Source of the DNA: Patescibacteria group bacterium
Lineage (GTDB): Bacteria > Patescibacteriota > Microgenomatia > UBA8517
Direction: 5' to 3'
Length of the DNA: 64,000 nt
Assembly (NCBI GenBank): GCA_018823885.1
Contig: JAHJHG010000009.1
Span: 783 to 64,782, forward strand
Shown here: positions 58,034-64,000 of the stretch, in pieces
Layout: each line of letters begins with the position of its first letter
How positions within the stretch are numbered: the stretch's first letter is position 1
Position numbers and translations under genes: made by a program
The notes under the pieces: generated by a model
The model's input: only the letters and a program-made list of their open reading frames with translations
The model's database searches: none
What the model was told of the DNA's origin: nothing

Positions 58034-58491
58034 AAATACAAAAAGGGTTTACTTTAGTTGAAATACTGGTTGTTATTGTTCTTCTTGCAATTATTGCGGT
58101 TATTGTCATTGCAACCATTAATCCTCTTGAGCAATTACGGCGCGCCAAAGATTCCGCCCGCGAACAAAATGCGGAAACCTTGCTCAGTGCGATAAATAGA
58201 TATCAGGTGACACGCGAAGAGAACCCTGAAGTACTTGACTCGACAGATTCTATTTCCTGCGAAGAGATTGCTCAGGGGGCTCCTGTTTACGAAGCGGATT
58301 CTTTAGAGAGTGAGCTATCATCTTGGTTCTTAAAACACATTACACAGACGGGTTCGGAGATTTATGTAGGTTTTAATGAAGAAGGAAATGTCAAAATTTG
58401 CTATCAAGTCGAGTCTTCTGTTAGTAAATCCAAAATTTCCGATGGAGGATGTAGTGTTTCTCCTTTTTTCTACATGTGTCTTCCAAGATAG
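58030..58491 (+). CDS. Type IV pilin / pseudopilin (prepilin N-terminal methylation motif)
   Basis: MKIQKGFTLVEILVVIVLLAIIAVI (G|FTLVE cleavage/methylation site). Start overlaps the rmuC stop. Confidence 0.75.
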   Translation: MKIQKGFTLVEILVVIVLLAIIAVIVIATINPLEQLRRAKDSAREQNAETLLSAINRYQVTREENPEVLDSTDSISCEEIAQGAPVYEADSLESELSSWFLKHITQTGSEIYVGFNEEGNVKICYQVESSVSKSKISDGGCSVSPFFYMCLPR

Positions 58492-58530
58492 AGTTCACAC
58501 TCTAAGAAAAGCTGATATAATTTTTAGCGC

Positions 58531-61467
58531 ATGACGAAGTCTGTTGGAACAAAAAAGTTAAATAAAGAACAACTAGAGGCCATTAAATACAAAGGCGGAC
58601 CGCTTTTGATTATAGCCGGAGCAGGAACTGGGAAAACCACAGTAATAACAGAAAGAATAAAATATTTACTTCTTTCAAAGAAAGTTAAACCTTCAGAGAT
58701 ATTGGCACTAACTTTCACTGAAAAGGCTTCTCGTGAAATGGAAGAGAGAGTGGATGTGGTGATGCCCTATGGGTATACACAGATGTGGATATCTACCTTT
58801 CACTCATTTTGTGATCGGATTTTAAGGAAAGAAGCTTTGCATATTGGGCTTGATCCGAAATTCAGATTAATGACCCAAATATCATCTATTCAATTTGTTC
58901 GTAAAAATTTATTTGCTTTTGATTTAAAATATTTTAGGCCGCTAGGGAATCCCACAAAGTTTGTTTCTGGAATGTTACAGCACTTTTCTAGATTGCAAGA
59001 TGAGGACATAACTCCACAGGAGTACCTAAGATATGCAAAAAAAATTGCCAAGAAAAAGATGACAAGTGATGAGAAGATGGAGGCAAAAAAAATAATGGAG
59101 TTGGCCAAAGCATATATGGCTTATAACGAGTTGAAAATAAAGGAGGGGTTGATGGACTTTGGTGACCTGATTGTAAAGACACTAGTACTTTTCAGACAAA
59201 GACAAAATATATTGGCTAATTACCAAAAACAATTTAAACATATATTAGTAGATGAATTTCAAGACACAAATCATGCTCAAAATGAATTAGCGATACTTCT
59301 TGCTGGGAAAAGCAAAAATATAACAGTAACGGGAGACGATGACCAAAGTATTTATCGATTTCGGGGCGCTGCCGTTTCAAACATTATTCATTTTAAAAAA
59401 GCTTATCCAAAAGCAAAGGTTGTTGTCTTAACAAAAAATTATCGCTCAACCCAAGAAATACTTGATAAGGCATACGTCATGATCCAACACAATAACCCTG
59501 ATAGGCTTGAAGCGGTTGAAAAAATTGATAAGCGGCTGATTTCCCAGCGAAAACTAAGAGGAGACGATATTCGATTTATTCATGCGGATAGAGTGGAAAA
59601 TGAAGCAGACCAGGTTGTAAAAGAAATTATTGAATTAACAGAAGAAGGAAAATATGATTACAAAGACTTTGCAATTTTAGTTCGTGCAAACAACCATTCG
59701 GAGCCTTTTATGCATGCACTTTCAAGACAGGGATTGCCCTATCAATTTTTAGGCCCCGGTAGGCTTTTTAAGCAACCCGAAGTAATTGATCTTATTTCAT
59801 ATCTTAAAGTTCTCTATAATTTCGAAGATTCTGTTGCTTTTTATAGATTGTTATCGATTGACTACTTTGATATTTTTCCTCGGGATTTAATAAAAATCGG
59901 TAATTATGCGAGAAGATTTAATCTTTCCATTTTTGAAACATGCGAGAAGATTGATAGTATTTTTGTCACACCAGAAACTAAACGAAAGATTAAAAAACTC
60001 ACAGCAATAGTGAATAAGCATTTAAAATTGGCGGGAAGCGAAACAGCTGGTCAACTTGTTTACTATTTCTTGGAAGAGACGGGTCTCTTACAAAGACTTC
60101 TTAAAACAGATACGCTTGGGATTGAAAAAAAAGCGCGAAATATATCCAAGTTTTTCGATAAATTAAAAACATATGAAACAGATAACGAAGACGCATCGGT
60201 GAGAGCTGTAGTTGACTGGATTGATTTATCAAGCGAGCTAGGAGAATCTCCTTTAGCGACGGATGTCGATTGGGGTGAGGTAGATGCAATTAATATTCTT
60301 ACCGTTCATTCTAGTAAGGGACTGGAATTTCCAGTTGTTTTCTTGGTTAATTTAGTCGGTCAGAGATTTCCGACTGTTGAGAGGCGCGAGCAAATTCCTA
60401 TACCAGATACACTAATAAAGGAGATATTACCGGTCGGTGATTATCACATTGAAGAAGAGAGAAGGCTTTTTTATGTTGGTATGACAAGGGCAAAAGATTT
60501 GATTTTCTTTACAGCGGCTGATTATTATGGTGAAGGAAAGAGAGGGAAAAAGCTTTCCCCCTTTATTTTTGAGGCACTTGGGGATTCTGCTGTTTCGGCA
60601 GAGCTAGCGACAGAAAAACACGAACAACTTTCGTTTATAGACTACAAATCTATTGACAACCAGGAGTCAGACTCAAAAATTATCAAGGACAAACAGGAGA
60701 AAATTCATGTTGATTATCTTTCTTATTCTCAAATTGAAACATTTAGGATTTGTCCACTTCATTACAAGTTAAAATATCTTTATAAAATTCCAACACCCTT
60801 TAGTGCTCCTTTGAGTTTCGGGATTTCGATGCACGCTGCTCTCAAGGACTTTTATATTGGTATTAAAAGGGGACAAAGACAAAACGAAAAGCTAATACTC
60901 TCCGCGCTCAAAGATAACTGGATGAGTGAGGGCTATAGAAGCAAATTACATGAGAAGAAGATGTTAGACAAAGGGATAAAATTTCTTTCAGATTATTATA
61001 AAAAGGAATTTAACTCCAAAATAATACCAGCGTCATTGGAAGAATCTTTCGTTGTTCCACTACGTGTACCCAAAGGAGAAAGGCCACTGAAAATTGGAGG
61101 CAAGATGGATAGAGTAGACATTCTTTCTGGTGGGAAGATTGAAATTGTGGATTACAAAACTGGCGCTAAAGCTCTAAATCAAAAAGAAGTGGATCGTGAT
61201 CCTCAGCTTACCTTCTATGCTCTTGCAGCGGCAAATATTAACGAAGAACCTTTTGGCAAAGGTCCCGACAAGATAATGTTAACTCTCTACTATTTGGATG
61301 GCCAGAAAAAGATTTCCACAACGAGAACGAGAAAACAATTAGAAGATGCAAAAAAGGAGATATTTATTTGGCGAGATAAAATAGAAAAATCAGATTTTGA
61401 GTGCTCAGGTCACATATTTTGTCAGACTTGTGAATATGCGCTACTTTGCAGGGCGGACAGTAGATAG
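58531..61467 (+). CDS. UvrD/PcrA-type superfamily 1 helicase fused to C-terminal PD-(D/E)XK Cas4/AddB-like Fe-S nuclease domain (AddA-like)
   Basis: Walker A GAGTGKTTV. DEFQD Walker B. C-terminal nuclease with Cys cluster CPLHYK...CSGHIFCQTCEYALLC. Confidence 0.75.
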   Translation: MTKSVGTKKLNKEQLEAIKYKGGPLLIIAGAGTGKTTVITERIKYLLLSKKVKPSEILALTFTEKASREMEERVDVVMPYGYTQMWISTFHSFCDRILRKEALHIGLDPKFRLMTQISSIQFVRKNLFAFDLKYFRPLGNPTKFVSGMLQHFSRLQDEDITPQEYLRYAKKIAKKKMTSDEKMEAKKIMELAKAYMAYNELKIKEGLMDFGDLIVKTLVLFRQRQNILANYQKQFKHILVDEFQDTNHAQNELAILLAGKSKNITVTGDDDQSIYRFRGAAVSNIIHFKKAYPKAKVVVLTKNYRSTQEILDKAYVMIQHNNPDRLEAVEKIDKRLISQRKLRGDDIRFIHADRVENEADQVVKEIIELTEEGKYDYKDFAILVRANNHSEPFMHALSRQGLPYQFLGPGRLFKQPEVIDLISYLKVLYNFEDSVAFYRLLSIDYFDIFPRDLIKIGNYARRFNLSIFETCEKIDSIFVTPETKRKIKKLTAIVNKHLKLAGSETAGQLVYYFLEETGLLQRLLKTDTLGIEKKARNISKFFDKLKTYETDNEDASVRAVVDWIDLSSELGESPLATDVDWGEVDAINILTVHSSKGLEFPVVFLVNLVGQRFPTVERREQIPIPDTLIKEILPVGDYHIEEERRLFYVGMTRAKDLIFFTAADYYGEGKRGKKLSPFIFEALGDSAVSAELATEKHEQLSFIDYKSIDNQESDSKIIKDKQEKIHVDYLSYSQIETFRICPLHYKLKYLYKIPTPFSAPLSFGISMHAALKDFYIGIKRGQRQNEKLILSALKDNWMSEGYRSKLHEKKMLDKGIKFLSDYYKKEFNSKIIPASLEESFVVPLRVPKGERPLKIGGKMDRVDILSGGKIEIVDYKTGAKALNQKEVDRDPQLTFYALAAANINEEPFGKGPDKIMLTLYYLDGQKKISTTRTRKQLEDAKKEIFIWRDKIEKSDFECSGHIFCQTCEYALLCRADSR

Positions 61468-62136
61468 TCTTTTTCGGACGGCATCACTTCTTAGTTCTCG
61501 GAGAGCATCGTTTGCGATCCAGCGGGCGGATTTGGACTCCCTTTTTTGTATTACCGACGCTATCTTGATTGCCTCTTTATTTAAATTCTTATTTCTTTTT
61601 CCAATTTGCCTTAAGGCCCAGTTAACAGCCTTTTTTACGTAATTTCTTTCATCCGTTGACTCTCTCTTTATGGAGGGAAAGAATTTAATAAATTTATTAT
61701 TATTTGCCTCTTTATCGTGCCACGCAAGACATGCCATTAATGCAAATCCGGCTCGTTTTTCAAATTCCTCTTTTCGCTTGGTCCACTCAATAGCTTTTTT
61801 AAAAGCATAAGGTGTTTTGTCAAATAAATTCGCGCAGACTTGGTCACAAACATCCCAAGAATCAAATCCTTTTATCCAGGAATCCATTTGTTTTTGAGTT
61901 ACCTTGTCCACCTCGTCAATCATACCAGCCAGTATTCGCGCTTCGTGAATTTCGGATTTCCAAAGCTGAAGAGCCAACTTATGGTTTTTACCAATATTTT
62001 TTGCTAATTCTCGCAGGTTGGGTATAGAAATACCCAGGGCTTTATCTGGCCTAATTCCAAACCTTGCCATTCCTTTGATGCTTTTGGGATTAGATAGCTT
62101 TTTTAGTTTTTTTAAGACCTCTTCGATTTTTTCCAT
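61441..62136 (-). CDS. DNA alkylation repair protein (AlkC/AlkD-like HEAT-repeat glycosylase family)
   Basis: HEAT-like helical repeats. Conserved W/R-rich blocks (WKSEIHEARILAG...WALRQIGKRN). Confidence 0.5.
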   Translation of the reverse strand: MEKIEEVLKKLKKLSNPKSIKGMARFGIRPDKALGISIPNLRELAKNIGKNHKLALQLWKSEIHEARILAGMIDEVDKVTQKQMDSWIKGFDSWDVCDQVCANLFDKTPYAFKKAIEWTKRKEEFEKRAGFALMACLAWHDKEANNNKFIKFFPSIKRESTDERNYVKKAVNWALRQIGKRNKNLNKEAIKIASVIQKRESKSARWIANDALRELRSDAVRKRLSTVRPAK

Positions 62137-62957
62137 TTTTTAAACACTTCTATTAAGTGTATTTTAGTGAAAACTCCCGGATATTCAACTTCGTGTCCGC
62201 CGAAAGATTTTTTGAAATGACTAAAACCTTGCCAGCTTTTATTAGGAAATCTTTCGTCATAGATTCCTTCAAAATCAAGAATTTTTGATCCTTTGGCTTT
62301 TGACTTCAATATTCCTTCCCAAATTATTTTGTATTGAGCCAGGTTTTTCCTACCTTCTTTATTCGAAAAGGCTTGCCAATAGTAGGCAATTCTATCTCCA
62401 ATAAGAAATATTGCTCCAGCGGAATTGTCTTTTGTTATTAGGAATAACGCCTTGTCACCAAAAGTATTTTTAAGCGCCATTAGATGTGGAAGAGGGGGAA
62501 CATAGCGCTTTTTATTGACAGCCTTTTTCCAAGCATTTCTAAATCTCTCAATATCTTTTAACTGGAGTTCCGATATAGATGGCTGGTTATTTTTACGGAT
62601 AGCAAGCCTTGCGTCCTTTTTTAATCCTTGTTTTAATTCCTCATTTGTTTTTGTCAAATCAAGGTGCAATGTTTTTGTTGGAAGGAATGGGCTTTTTGAT
62701 TCTTTATATTTGTTTGCTGTTAGAAATTTGACATCAAGCTTGTTTTTAGGCTCAATTATTATTTGAAAGGCGTTGTGTTCCATTGCCAGTTTCTCTATTT
62801 TTTTGAGGGGGATTGTTTCTGGTCTCTGGACTTTAATAATAGAACCAATCACAGGAATGTTTTTGATAAAACAACTTACGTGGTTTAGTTGAACCACTTG
62901 CCAGCCAGTTTTGCGCAAGTACTTTGCGTACTTGGGAGTTTGTCTTATATCGATCAT
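62112..62957 (-). CDS. FemAB-family (peptidoglycan cross-bridge aminoacyltransferase-like) protein
   Basis: QTPKYAKYLRKTGWQVV start typical of FemAB/FemX. GNAT-like length. Confidence 0.45.
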   Translation of the reverse strand: MIDIRQTPKYAKYLRKTGWQVVQLNHVSCFIKNIPVIGSIIKVQRPETIPLKKIEKLAMEHNAFQIIIEPKNKLDVKFLTANKYKESKSPFLPTKTLHLDLTKTNEELKQGLKKDARLAIRKNNQPSISELQLKDIERFRNAWKKAVNKKRYVPPLPHLMALKNTFGDKALFLITKDNSAGAIFLIGDRIAYYWQAFSNKEGRKNLAQYKIIWEGILKSKAKGSKILDFEGIYDERFPNKSWQGFSHFKKSFGGHEVEYPGVFTKIHLIEVFKKWKKSKRS

Positions 62958-62960
62958 GAT

Positions 62961-63947
62961 TTAGAATTTTGGGCGGGTGAATGAGAGTTTTGTCTTGGAA
63001 CGAAGAAGCATCCACCTAAGTATTTCGGCGGCGCGGTATAGATAATAGAAGGAGCTAGTGACCAAATCCCAGGTGCCCAAAAATTCAATAACTTTTGGAT
63101 TATATCCTTCCTTGAAGCGTGTAAATCCTTTTCCTGGTTCTCTTCCCCATAGATCAAAAGTTTTAAGGCCTAATTTTTTCCCGTATCTTATTGCTTCCCA
63201 CATAACTAGATTGTTTGCCATTACGTTTTTATGTTTGTTGGCAGAGGCTCCATAAGGGTAATAAAGAAAATCTTTCCAGACGAAGACGATCCATGTTGTT
63301 ATAATTTCTCCTTTATAATGGGCGGTAAGAAGTCTGGCTATAGGTTTTTCACCTTTGTTGACCATATCTTTATGCAATGTTTTCCACATAAGACGATGAT
63401 ATTTCTCGCTATGTGCGTAGAATCCTTGTCGCTTAACTGTTTCTTTGGTTAGTTTTATATATTTTTCAAAAGCCTTATCTGAATTGTCTTCACGAACCAC
63501 AACTCCTTTTCGTTGAGCCAGGCGAATGTTATATCGAGTTTTGGATTGAAAGCTTCTCATGAGAGCTTCTTCATTTTTTGTCAGGTCGATCCAAAAACTT
63601 GTGGGAGTAAAAAGAGTTTTTCCGTGGACGGCGCCATTTTGCTTCAAGAGCTTTACTGATTTTTGGTTTTTTGATGCATTGGGCTCTAACTTAATAAATA
63701 TTAGCTTTTCCTTTTTGCTTAACATCTTAAGGTCGTCGAGAATCTTTTTGGTGGGGACAGGACCTTTAATAAACATACCAATTTTGTATGGGATAAGAGG
63801 CAACTTATGAATCGTTAGTTGCCCGTAATCCGTTCGAATGATTTCATTTCCCCATTTCTTTCGAAACCCCCCCCATTCCCAAGCTTGCAAGGGGTGTGAG
63901 GCGGACTTATTGAAAGATTCTTTTTTATCGGGTTTCTTTTTTATCAT
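62961..63947 (-). CDS. FemAB-family protein, tandem paralog
   Basis: HPLQAWEWGGFRKKWGNEI N-terminal block characteristic of FemAB. Confidence 0.45.
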   Translation of the reverse strand: MIKKKPDKKESFNKSASHPLQAWEWGGFRKKWGNEIIRTDYGQLTIHKLPLIPYKIGMFIKGPVPTKKILDDLKMLSKKEKLIFIKLEPNASKNQKSVKLLKQNGAVHGKTLFTPTSFWIDLTKNEEALMRSFQSKTRYNIRLAQRKGVVVREDNSDKAFEKYIKLTKETVKRQGFYAHSEKYHRLMWKTLHKDMVNKGEKPIARLLTAHYKGEIITTWIVFVWKDFLYYPYGASANKHKNVMANNLVMWEAIRYGKKLGLKTFDLWGREPGKGFTRFKEGYNPKVIEFLGTWDLVTSSFYYLYRAAEILRWMLLRSKTKLSFTRPKF

Positions 63948-63959
63948 ATTCGACCTAAT

Positions 63960-64000
63960 TGTTGATATTGTAACATGTCAGACTCATGGTATAATGCGGG
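63960..64000 (+). promoter_or_regulatory. Possible extended -10 promoter reading out of the window
   Basis: TGgTATAAT at 63987-63995 with TTGTAA 16 nt upstream. Confidence 0.3.

Noticed and set aside
1-64000. CRISPR arrays, rRNA genes, transposases or IS elements
   Set aside because: No regularly spaced direct repeats, no rRNA-like conserved stretches, and no DDE or serine/tyrosine recombinase-like ORFs were recognised anywhere in the window.

Overview
This window is low-GC and gene-dense, with the look of a CPR/Patescibacteria-type chromosome segment that spans the replication origin. The conserved block is dnaA-dnaN plus rpmH-rnpA-yidD-yidC-jag, with DnaA boxes and a duplicated 15-mer in the dnaA-dnaN spacer. 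Housekeeping genes include tmRNA/smpB, groES/groEL, valS, metG, tsaD, rplY and RNase H. The standout is a roughly 17 kb Gram-positive-type type IV secretion system (T4SS)-like locus at 6278-23035. It opens with a tandem array of eight divergent two-TM VirB2/TrbC-like pilin paralogs; the first carries a Cys-rich N-terminal extension and several are translationally coupled with near-identical 5' ends. Downstream are a large Cys-rich secreted protein, a VirB6/TrbL-like polytopic protein, a VirB3/PrgI-like protein, a VirB4 ATPase apparently split into an N-domain ORF and an ATPase ORF, a CHAP-domain cell-wall hydrolase and a bitopic Ig-like protein. No VirD4, relaxase, VirB11 or integrase is present, so this looks like a chromosomal non-conjugative pilus or DNA-uptake/attachment machine. 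Other notable items are a free-standing double-motif LAGLIDADG homing endonuclease immediately downstream of tRNA-Cys(GCA), and a near-consensus CIRCE (HrcA) operator upstream of a PEGA/SH3 surface-protein gene with a more degenerate one at groESL. There is also a cell-envelope glycosylation cluster (UbiA, WecA/MraY-like, two GT-C, one GT2), a UvrD helicase fused to a Cas4/AddB-like Fe-S nuclease, tandem FemAB-like genes, a type IV pilin and ComFC. No CRISPR array, rRNA or obvious integrase/transposase was seen.
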